Of a stretch of DNA of 64,000 nt, positions 42,110 through 50,308 are shown piece after piece; the first letter of the stretch is position 1; every line of letters begins with the position of its first letter. The DNA is from an uncultured Acidobacteriota bacterium (GTDB lineage Bacteria > Acidobacteriota > Thermoanaerobaculia > Multivoradales > UBA5704), in assembly GCA_963770895.1 (NCBI GenBank), contig CAVYRF010000001.1, positions 1,376,001 through 1,440,000 of the forward strand. Direction: 5' to 3'. The notes under the pieces were generated by a model that was not told where the DNA came from, made no database searches, and saw only the letters and a list, made by a program, of their open reading frames with translations. Both the position numbers and the translations under genes were made by a program.

Positions 42110-43309
42110 TTGCTGAGGGAGACAGGCTTGGAGGGACAGGACCGCCAGGTGGGGGCAGGTGTGCCGGCGCGCCGCAAGGTGCTCATGGTGCAGGGTTCGC
42201 TGCAACCGCCGGGCGGCGGCAACGGGGTGGCCGCCTGGATCCTGCAGGCTCTCAGGGGGCGCTGCGAGCTGACGGTGGTGATGGTGGGCGCGGTCGATCT
42301 GCAAGCGGTCAATCGCCATTTCGGCACCACGCTGGCCGCGGACGACTTTACCGTGGTCACCGTGCGGTCCCTGGTCTGGCGGCTGCTCGACCGGCTGCCG
42401 CTGCGGCTCGCCCTGCTCAGGGGGCTGCTCCTGACGCGCCACGCGCGCCGGCTGGCTCCCGCTTTCGATGCAGTGGTGGGGGCGGCGGGCGAGACCGATC
42501 TGGGCGTGCCGGCCGTGCAGTACGTGCACTTCCCCTGGTCCTATCTGCCGCGCCCACCGCAGGACCTGGTCCACACGTACCACGTCGCCTGGCTGATCCG
42601 CCTCTACACCTGGGGCTGCGCCGTGCTCACCGGGTTCTCCTTCGCCCGCATGCGCCGCAATCTCACCCTGGCCAACTCGCGGTTTACCGCCCGGCATTTC
42701 GCCGCACGCCACGGCGTCGCAGCGGAGATCCTGCATCCGCCCACCATCGGCAGCTTCCCCAAGGTCGCCTGGAGCGACCGGGCCGACTCGTTCATCTGCA
42801 TCGGCCGCATCGCTCCCGAAAAGGAGCTGGAAAAGGTGATCGCCGTCCTCGCCGCGGTGCGGGAGCGCGGCCGGCCGGTCACCCTCACCCTGGCCGGCAT
42901 CGCCGACGATCCTGCCTACCACGCGCTCATCCGCGGGCTGGTGGCAGCGAACGCCTCATGGATGCGGCTGTGCGAGGACCTGCCGCGCGCCGAGCTCTGC
43001 CGGCTGGTCGCCGAGCACCGCTACGGCATCCACGGCATGCAGCGCGAGCACTTCGGCATGGCGGTCGCCGAGATGGTGCGCGCCGGCTGCATCGTCTTCG
43101 TGCCGCGCGAAGGCGGGCCGGCGGAGATCGTTGGCGAGGAGGATCTGCTGCTCTACGACGACGCGCCCGACGCCGTCGAAAAGATCCTGCGGGTCGCCGG
43201 CGACGCCGAGCTCCAGGCCGCCCTGTGCCGGCGTCTCGCCGTGCGCGGCCGCGAGCTCTCGACCGAGCATTTCGTCGCCCGCATCCGCGAGGTCTGCGGC
43301 GCCGCCTGA
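42110..43309 (+). CDS. GT4 glycosyltransferase, ALG11-like (putative alpha-1,2-mannosyltransferase)
   Basis: PPGGGNGVAAW, QYVHFP, ANSRFT, LHPP, IGRIAPEK, HGMQREHFGMAVAEMVRAG (EX7E); start uncertain (TTG 42110 or 42128). Confidence 0.8.
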   Translation: MLRETGLEGQDRQVGAGVPARRKVLMVQGSLQPPGGGNGVAAWILQALRGRCELTVVMVGAVDLQAVNRHFGTTLAADDFTVVTVRSLVWRLLDRLPLRLALLRGLLLTRHARRLAPAFDAVVGAAGETDLGVPAVQYVHFPWSYLPRPPQDLVHTYHVAWLIRLYTWGCAVLTGFSFARMRRNLTLANSRFTARHFAARHGVAAEILHPPTIGSFPKVAWSDRADSFICIGRIAPEKELEKVIAVLAAVRERGRPVTLTLAGIADDPAYHALIRGLVAANASWMRLCEDLPRAELCRLVAEHRYGIHGMQREHFGMAVAEMVRAGCIVFVPREGGPAEIVGEEDLLLYDDAPDAVEKILRVAGDAELQAALCRRLAVRGRELSTEHFVARIREVCGAA

Positions 43310-43312
43310 GCT

Positions 43313-44552
43313 TCAGGGGATGTCAGCCAGCTGGCGGATGCGGTGCTGGAAGCTTTCGACCGAAAGGTCCGGCAGGCCGGCGGCGAGGCTGCGGCGCAGG
43401 TCGGCGACCAGGCCGCATCGATCGGCCCCGTTGCCGCCATCGCTGCCGTCACCGTCGTGCTCGGCGGCGGCGAGCACGCGGCAGATCTTGTCGACGGCCT
43501 CTTGCACGGTGGCGAAGCGCAGGCGCGGGTCGCGCACGATGTCGCTCACGCCGCCGCGGTTGGGAGCGAAGACCAGGCAGCCGCCGGCGGCAAGCTCGGC
43601 GACCGCCATGCCGAACGGCTCGCGCGGGTTGGCGTGGATGGCGTAGCGATGGTGGGCGACCAGGGCGAGCAGGGCCGTACGCTCCAGATTGTGATGGACG
43701 GTGATCCAGGACGCATGGCGGGCAAACACCTCGCCGAGAGCGCGGGTGTGAGCCGGTGAGTCGTCCAGGGCGGCGATGGTCAGGCGCACGGCGTGGCCGC
43801 GGCGGCGCACCTCCTGCAGGATGGCGACGATGGTTTCGTAGCGCTTTTCCGGTGCCAGGCGGCCGATCGCCAGAAACGCGTCTGCGCGCTGTTCCCACGG
43901 CAGCCTTGGAAAGCTGCCGGCGAGCGGCGGATGGAGCACCTCCCGGCGGCGCGCCGGGGTGGCGGCGGGCGTAGACCTTGCCGGTCCAGCGCGAGTTGAC
44001 CAGGGTGACGTTGCGCCGCGTGCGGCGCATGGCAAAGCCGGTGACGGTGCCACAGGCCGCATGGTAGAGCGCGACGCGCAGCCAGCGCCCCCAGGGCCAG
44101 CGCGGGGCGGTGCGGTAGAAGCCGCGGTCGGCACTGGGGCGCGGCCACCAGGTCCAGGGAAAATGGACATATTGCAAGCCGGGACGGCGGCCCAGGTCGG
44201 CCTCGTCCTTGGCGGCGACCAGCAGGTCGTAGCCGCCGGCCAGGGCGCGCCCATGGCGGTAGAGCAGCAGCTGCTTGAGCATGATGAGAGGCGTGGGAGC
44301 GCTCGCCAGCAGGCGCCAGAGCCAGGAATCGGGCACGATCTCGCTCAGCTCGTGCGGCGCGAGCGCGGTGCCGAAGCTGCGGTTGATCGCCGCCAGGTCG
44401 GCCGGCTCGATCGACAGCAGGGCGAGATCGCAGCGCCCCGCCAGCGCCTGCAGCATCCAGGCGGCGACGGCGCTGCCGCCGCCCGGCGTGTGCAGCGACG
44501 GGTGGATGAACAGCACGCGGCGGCGGCGCGCACCTGCCGCGGCGCCGCTCAC
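43313..44552 (-). pseudogene. Second ALG11-like GT4 glycosyltransferase, split by a single +1 frameshift (real or sequencing error)
   Basis: N-half (GTG 44552: VLFIHPSLHTPGGGSAVAAW..YVHFP..VNSRWT) and C-half (EVLHPP..IGRLAPEK..HANPREPFGMAVAE) lie in different frames; span 1240 nt = 3n+1, shift at about 43942-43950. Confidence 0.75.
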
Positions 44553-46519
44553 CCGCGCGTTCCGGCGGGCGCGCCGGCCCCAGATCCGACTTCGGCCCCA
44601 GTCCCAGCCCCGGCGACGACGAGGGCGCGAAAGGTGGCGCTTCGCGCCAGCAGCTCGTCGTAAGGGCCGACCGCTTCGACGCGCCCTTCGCGCAGCAGCA
44701 CCAGGCGGTGGCAGCGCCGCACGGTGCTCAAGCGGTGCGCCACGATGACCAGGGTGCGGTCGCCGGATAGCGCCTCGATGGCGGCCGCCACCTCCTGTTC
44801 GGTGCGATTGTCGAGCGCCGCCGTGGCTTCGTCGAGCACCAGCACGCGCGGCTCGCCGTAGAGGGCGCGGGCGATGGCGACCCGCTGGCGCTCGCCGCCC
44901 GAAAGGCGCACGCCGCGCTCGCCGACGCGGGTGTCGAGACCGCCGGGCAGAGCGCTGACGAAGCGCTCGAGCTGCGCCAGGCGGATGGCGCGCCGCAGGC
45001 GGTCGGGGTCGATCTCGGCATCGGCGAGGCCGAAGGCGATGTTGCGGCGCAAGGTGTCGTCGGCGAGGTAGATGGCCTGCGGCACGTAGCCGATGCGGCG
45101 CTGCCAGGCGCGGCCGTCGTGCGCCAGGTCGACGCCGCCGGCCAGCACGCGGCCGGCGGTGGGGTGGAGCAGCGCCAGCAGGTGATCGACCAGGGTGCTC
45201 TTGCCGCTGCCGCTGGGGCCGACGATGCCGATCGCCTCGCCGGCCGGCAGGCGGAGGTTGATGTCGCAGAGCGCCGGGCGGTGCGCCGCCTCGTAGGTAA
45301 AGGTGACGTGCTCGAAGACCACCGCGTCGTGGCCGCTCGCCATCGTCGCCAGCGTTGCCATTGTCGCCATCGTCGCCAGCGGCTCCGCGGCCAGCGCGGC
45401 CGGTGGCGGCGGTGGCGACGCCGGGGCGGCAGCGGTCGGCGGCGCGGCCGGAGCGTCCGCGGCGGCCGGGGCGGCAGCGTCGCGGACGCGCGCCAGGTCG
45501 GCGGCGAGGCTGGCGGCGGCGGGGGCTTCGAAGCGCACGGTGTGCAGGTTGTAGACGACGCGGTGCGCCGAGGGCAGGATGCGGAAGCCGGCGTAGACCA
45601 GCAGCCCCAGCATCGGGATGCTGGCGCGCACGCTGCCGCCGGCGGCGGCGCCGGCGGGGGCGGTGACCGCGGCGGCGAAGACGATCGCCGCCATGCCGAG
45701 CACGAAGAGCGCCTCGACCAGCAGGCGCGGCACGGCCTCGGCGGTCACGCGCAGGGTCTGCAGGCGGGCGCGCGCGGTGCGCAGGCGCAGGAAGCGCTCG
45801 ACGAAGTGGCGCTCGCGCCCCAGAACCTTGACCTCCTTGACGCCGCCCAGGCCCTGGTTGAGCAGTCCGAGCTCGGCCAGCTCGATCTCGCGTGCCTCGC
45901 CGCCCCAGGTCTTGAACGCCTGCTGGGTAACGCGCAGGCCGCGCGCCAGGGCGAAGGTGACGACGATGCCGGCGGTGACCGCGGCGAGCGGCGCCTTCCA
46001 CAGCAGCACCGCGGCCATCGCCGCGATGTTCAGCGACTCAGAGAGCGCGACGGTGGCGGAAAGCAGCACCGAGCGGCAGGTGCGCTCCATCGATTCCTGG
46101 ATGGTATGGATCAGCTCGGCCGAATTGCGCCGCAGATGGAAGGCGTAGTCGGCGGCGAGGTAGCCGGCGAGCAGCTCGGCGGAGAGTGCCGCGATGGTGC
46201 CGTAGGCGAAGCGCGACTGCGCGTAGGCTTCGAGCGCCAGCAGGCTGTTCTTCAGCAGGTAGAAGGCGCCGACGAAGACGGCGAGGGCGGTGATCGCGGC
46301 ACGCTCGCCGGGGTGTCCGGAGAGCGCCGCGACGGAGCGTACCAGCGCCAGGTCGTGCGCCCGCGCCGGGTCGAGCAGCACGGTGACCAGCGACAGCACG
46401 GCGACGGCGCCGACCATCTCGAAGCTGGCGTTGAGCGTCGCCGTCGCCGCCAGGCCGGCCCACTGCCAGCGGGCGCGGCGCGGCAGGATGGCGAGGAGGT
46501 GATCCAGCGTCTCCTTCAT
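44549..46519 (-). CDS. ABC transporter ATP-binding/permease (PglK/WlaB-like putative lipid-linked glycan flippase)
   Basis: TM domain with YAFHLRRNSAEL, GGVKEVKV, PRLLVE, FRILPS; NBD GPSGSGKST, IGYVPQ, LSGGERQR, LDEATAALD; coupled to glycosyltransferases. Confidence 0.85.
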   Translation of the reverse strand: MKETLDHLLAILPRRARWQWAGLAATATLNASFEMVGAVAVLSLVTVLLDPARAHDLALVRSVAALSGHPGERAAITALAVFVGAFYLLKNSLLALEAYAQSRFAYGTIAALSAELLAGYLAADYAFHLRRNSAELIHTIQESMERTCRSVLLSATVALSESLNIAAMAAVLLWKAPLAAVTAGIVVTFALARGLRVTQQAFKTWGGEAREIELAELGLLNQGLGGVKEVKVLGRERHFVERFLRLRTARARLQTLRVTAEAVPRLLVEALFVLGMAAIVFAAAVTAPAGAAAGGSVRASIPMLGLLVYAGFRILPSAHRVVYNLHTVRFEAPAAASLAADLARVRDAAAPAAADAPAAPPTAAAPASPPPPPAALAAEPLATMATMATLATMASGHDAVVFEHVTFTYEAAHRPALCDINLRLPAGEAIGIVGPSGSGKSTLVDHLLALLHPTAGRVLAGGVDLAHDGRAWQRRIGYVPQAIYLADDTLRRNIAFGLADAEIDPDRLRRAIRLAQLERFVSALPGGLDTRVGERGVRLSGGERQRVAIARALYGEPRVLVLDEATAALDNRTEQEVAAAIEALSGDRTLVIVAHRLSTVRRCHRLVLLREGRVEAVGPYDELLARSATFRALVVAGAGTGAEVGSGAGAPAGTRG

Positions 46520-47664
46520 TGCGTCATCGCGTCGTGGCGCGGCGTCGCCAGCAGGTCCTCGCACGCGGCCAGCACGCGCTCGGCGGCGTCCGGCACCACG
46601 CAGCGGCGCGCCCGCGCCGCCGCGGCGTCGAGCGCGGCCGGATCGGCAAGCAGGCCGGCGAGGCGGTCCGCCCACGCTTCCGGCTGCCAGCCGGCCTCGG
46701 CCGCCCACCAGCCCGCCGACGCGGCGGTAAAGGCCGCCGCGTTGTGCGTCTGGTGATCGTGTGCCGCGCCGGCGAGCGGCACGAACAACGACGGCACCGC
46801 GGCGGCGGCGAGCTCGAACACGGTGCCGGCGCCGGCGCAGGCGATGGCAAAGTCGGCCCAGGTGTAGGCGCCCGGCATGTCGTCCAGGTAGGGGTCGACG
46901 GCGGCGGCGATGCCGGCGGCGGCGTAGGCGGCGGCGATCGGCGCCGGCGGCGAGTCGCCGCACTGGTGGCGCACGGTGAGCGCTACGCCGCGGCGGGCGG
47001 CGCGGGCGAGCAGGTCGGGGGCGCGGCGGTTGAGGAACTCCGAGCCCAGCGAGCCGCCGGTGACCAGGATCTGGGCCGGCCGGTCGCCGCGCGTGCCGGC
47101 GCCACGGCGCTCCGCTCCCAGGCGCAGGATCTCGCGCCGCACCGGCGTGCCGGTGCGCTCGACGCGCGCCGCGGGCAGGCCGGCGGCGGCCGGTTCGAAA
47201 GCGGTGAAGACACGGTCCACCAGGCGGGCCAGCAGCCGGTTGGCGAGGCCGGCGGTGGCGTTCGATTCATGGATGGCGGTGCCCAGGCCCATGCAGCGCG
47301 CCGCGAGCAGCGGTGCCGCGGTGGCGAAGCCGCCGAAGCCCACCGCCAGGCCGGCCTGGCGGTGGGCCAGGATGCGGCGGGCGCGCCCGACCCCCCGCGC
47401 CGTGCACAGCACCGCCTTCAGCTGGGATCCAGGCGAGGCGCCGAGCAGGGGCAGGCTGTCGAGGGGTTCGATGGGGTGCCCCTCGGCGGCCACCAGGCGT
47501 GCCGCGAGCCCCTGCGCCGGCACGACGAAGAACACCGCGCCCTCGCCGCGCGAGCGCCGCCACAGGTCGGCGACGACCAGCGCCGGGTAGACGTGGCCGG
47601 CGGTGCCGCCGCAGGCGATGGCCAGGCGGTGACGTGGTGCGGTGGGCTGGCGGCCGCGCGGCAT
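46516..47664 (-). CDS. MurG-like GT28 UDP-GlcNAc transferase paralogue outside the dcw cluster
   Basis: GGTAGHVYPAL, GFGGF, IHESNATAGLANR, TGTPVR, TGGSLGS, ADFAIACAGAGTVFE, DHQTHNA; no mur/fts neighbours. Confidence 0.85.
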   Translation of the reverse strand: MPRGRQPTAPRHRLAIACGGTAGHVYPALVVADLWRRSRGEGAVFFVVPAQGLAARLVAAEGHPIEPLDSLPLLGASPGSQLKAVLCTARGVGRARRILAHRQAGLAVGFGGFATAAPLLAARCMGLGTAIHESNATAGLANRLLARLVDRVFTAFEPAAAGLPAARVERTGTPVRREILRLGAERRGAGTRGDRPAQILVTGGSLGSEFLNRRAPDLLARAARRGVALTVRHQCGDSPPAPIAAAYAAAGIAAAVDPYLDDMPGAYTWADFAIACAGAGTVFELAAAAVPSLFVPLAGAAHDHQTHNAAAFTAASAGWWAAEAGWQPEAWADRLAGLLADPAALDAAAARARRCVVPDAAERVLAACEDLLATPRHDAMTQ

Positions 47665-47738
47665 CGTGCGGGGTGGCGGCGGTAGGCTCAGTGCAATGCT
47701 CCCGGCGGCGCGCGTCGCCTTCCACTACACTCGGGCGC

Positions 47739-49055
47739 ATGCTTGGCGCGCGCTGCCGCGTGGTGATCGTTGTCCTGGGCGAGCTCGGGTACAGTTCGCG
47801 TATGTTTTATCACGCCCTCGCCCTGGGCGCCGCGGGGGCGGCGGTCCACCTGGTGGGGCTGGCCGGGGCGGACCTGCCGGCGGCGGTGTGCCAGCATCCC
47901 AATATCAAAGTGCATGAGCTGGGCGCACCCCCGCGGCCGGCGCCGCGGCGTCGGGCGTGGTCGCCGGTGGCGGCCGGGGCGCGAGCGCTGCGCCTGGGCG
48001 CGGCGCTGCTGTGGTGCCTGCTGGCACGGGTCGAGCGGCCGGATTTCGTGCTGGTGCAGACGCCGCCCGCGCTGCCGGCCCTGCTGGTGGCGCTGGTCGC
48101 GGCACGCTGGCGGGCGGCGGCGCTGGTCGTCGATTGGCACAACTTCGGCGACCGCATGCTCGCTCTGCGGCTGGGCGGCGGCCATCCGCTGGTGCGGTTT
48201 CTCGGCGCCTGGGAGCGCCGGCTGGGGCGCCGCGCCGACGCGCACTTCTGCGTCTCGGCGGCGATGCGCGCCGAGCTGGCGGCGCGGTGCCGCATCGCCG
48301 CGAGGGTGCTGCGCGACCTGCCGGCGGCGCGCTTCGCGCCCACCCCCGAGCCGCGGCGCGCCGAGCTGCGGCGGCGCGTCGCCGGCGTGGCGGGCGCGGC
48401 GGATGCGACCGGCTGGGTGGGCGGCGAGGCGGCGCAGGGCCAGGCGGTGCAGGGCGAGGCGGCGACGATCGCGGTGACGGCCACCAGCTGGTCGGCGGAC
48501 GAGGACCTGGCGCTGTTGCTGGCCGCCGCGGTGCGCTGCGAGGAGGCGCTGGTGCGGCGCGGCGCGGCGCCGCTGGTCCTGCTGGTCACCGGCCGGGGCG
48601 GCGCGGTGCAGGCGGAGTTCGAGCGGCGGGCGGCGGCCCTGGAGCTGACGCGGGTGCGCATCGTGACCGCCTGGCTGGCGGCGGACGAGTATCCGGCGAT
48701 GCTCGGCGCCGCGGACCTCGGGGTGTCGCTCCACCGCTCGGCCTCGGGGTGCGACCTGCCGATGAAGATCGCCGACATGTTCGGCGCCGGACTGCCGGTG
48801 TGTGCGTTCGACTACGGGCCCTGCCTGGCGGAGCTGGTGCGCGACGGCGAAAATGGCCGGCTGTTTCGCACCGCCGACGAGCTTGCCGCGTGCCTGCTGG
48901 CGCTGGCCGGCGGCGGCGCCGACGCGGCGGCGGCGCGCGCGGCGCTGCGTCCTGGGGTGGTGGCGGCGGCGCGGCGGCGGTGGCACGAGGAGTGGGCGGC
49001 GGTGGCGGCGCCGCTCTTCGCGCCCAGCGCGGCGCGGCGGCGCGGCGGCGGATGA
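47739..49055 (+). CDS. ALG1-like beta-1,4-mannosyltransferase (GT33)
   Basis: VVLGELGYSSRMFYHA, VQTPPALP, VDWHNFG, TSWSADEDL, VTGRG, WLAADEYPAMLGAADLGVSLHRSASGCDLPMKIADMFGAGLPV, ELVRDGENG. Confidence 0.88.
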   Translation: MLGARCRVVIVVLGELGYSSRMFYHALALGAAGAAVHLVGLAGADLPAAVCQHPNIKVHELGAPPRPAPRRRAWSPVAAGARALRLGAALLWCLLARVERPDFVLVQTPPALPALLVALVAARWRAAALVVDWHNFGDRMLALRLGGGHPLVRFLGAWERRLGRRADAHFCVSAAMRAELAARCRIAARVLRDLPAARFAPTPEPRRAELRRRVAGVAGAADATGWVGGEAAQGQAVQGEAATIAVTATSWSADEDLALLLAAAVRCEEALVRRGAAPLVLLVTGRGGAVQAEFERRAAALELTRVRIVTAWLAADEYPAMLGAADLGVSLHRSASGCDLPMKIADMFGAGLPVCAFDYGPCLAELVRDGENGRLFRTADELAACLLALAGGGADAAAARAALRPGVVAAARRRWHEEWAAVAAPLFAPSAARRRGGG

Positions 49056-50308
49056 GCGAGCCCTTTCCGGCGCGGCGCAACGCCCTGCGCATCGCCGTGC
49101 TGCATCCCGAGCTGACGGTTGGCGGCGCCGAGCGGGTGATGGTCGATGCCGCGGCGGCGCTGCAGGCGGCGGGGCACGCGGTCACCCTGTTCACCGCCCG
49201 GCTCGACCGGCAGCGGGCGTTCACCGAGGCCGTTGACGGCACGCTGCGGGTGCGGGTGGTGGCCGGCGGCTTGCTGCCCGGAGCGGTGGCGCAACGGCTG
49301 CGGGTGCCGTGCGCGGTGGCGCGCAGCCTGTGGCTGGCGGCGGCGGCCGCCGCCGCGGCGCGACGCGGCGGCTGGGACGCGGTGCTCTGCGACCAGGTGG
49401 CGCAGGCGGTGCCGCTGGCGCGGCGCTGGTGCCGGGCGCCGGTGGTCTTCTACTGCCACTTTCCGGATCGGCTGCTGGCGCCTGCCGGCGGGCGATTCTA
49501 CGGCTGGTACCGCGGTCCGCTCGACCGGCTGGAGGCGGCCGGCATGGCATGCGCCGATCGCGTGCTGGTCAACAGCCGCTTCACGGCAGCGGCCTTCCGC
49601 GGTGCTTTTCCGCATGCCGCGGCGCCGGCGGTGGTATATCCGGGGGTCGAAATCGCCGCGTGCAATCCGGCGCTCGCCACTGTGGCACAGGGCGGCGGAG
49701 CGGGTGGGCCGGCGACCATTCTTTCGCTGGCGCGCTTCGCGCCCGCCAAGGGGGTCGAGCTCGCGATCGACGCCCTGGCGGAGCTGCGCACGGCGGCGCC
49801 GGCTGCATTCGCCGGCTGCCGGCTGGTCCTCGCCGGCAGCTGCGACGAGCGGGTGCGCGAGCAGCGCGAGACGCGCGCGGCGCTCGCGGCGCGCTGCACG
49901 GCGCTGGGGCTGGACGGCCGGGTGGAGCTGCGCCCTTCGGTGGACGAAGCGGAGCGCCGGGCGCTGCTCGCCGGCTGCCGCTTCCTGGTCTATACGCCTG
50001 CCGCCGAGCACTTCGGCATGGTGCCGATCGAGGCCATGGCCGCAGGGCGGCCGGTCGTCGCCATCGCCGGCGGCGGGCCGGCGGAAACCGTCGTGGACGG
50101 CGAGACGGGCTACCTCTGCCCACCGGCGCCGGCGGCCCTCGCCGCGGCTTTCGCCCGGCTCCTAGATCGGCCCGATCTCGCCGCGCGCCTGGGCGCCGCC
50201 GGCCGCCGCCATGTCGAGCACCATTTTTCGCGGGCCGCCTTCGGCGCCGCGATCGAGGCGGCGCTTCAGCAGGCGGTGCGCGGTCGCGTGCAGCGGTACA
50301 GGGCGTAG
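49052..50308 (+). CDS. ALG2-like alpha-1,3/1,6-mannosyltransferase (GT4)
   Basis: LHPELTVGGAERVMVDAA, CDQV, FYCHFPDRLL, YRGPLDRLE, ADRVLVNSRFTA, LAGSCDERV, YTPAAEHFGMVPIEAM; ATGA-coupled to the ALG1-like gene. Confidence 0.88.
   Translation: MSEPFPARRNALRIAVLHPELTVGGAERVMVDAAAALQAAGHAVTLFTARLDRQRAFTEAVDGTLRVRVVAGGLLPGAVAQRLRVPCAVARSLWLAAAAAAAARRGGWDAVLCDQVAQAVPLARRWCRAPVVFYCHFPDRLLAPAGGRFYGWYRGPLDRLEAAGMACADRVLVNSRFTAAAFRGAFPHAAAPAVVYPGVEIAACNPALATVAQGGGAGGPATILSLARFAPAKGVELAIDALAELRTAAPAAFAGCRLVLAGSCDERVREQRETRAALAARCTALGLDGRVELRPSVDEAERRALLAGCRFLVYTPAAEHFGMVPIEAMAAGRPVVAIAGGGPAETVVDGETGYLCPPAPAALAAAFARLLDRPDLAARLGAAGRRHVEHHFSRAAFGAAIEAALQQAVRGRVQRYRA

Noticed and set aside
46516-47664. Assigning the gene symbol murG
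   Set aside because: Context is a mannosyltransferase/flippase cluster rather than dcw, so its role in peptidoglycan synthesis is not established
47739-50308. Eukaryotic contamination as the source of the ALG1/ALG2-like genes
   Set aside because: Intronless, ATGA-coupled, host-like GC and contiguous with bacterial genes and tRNA
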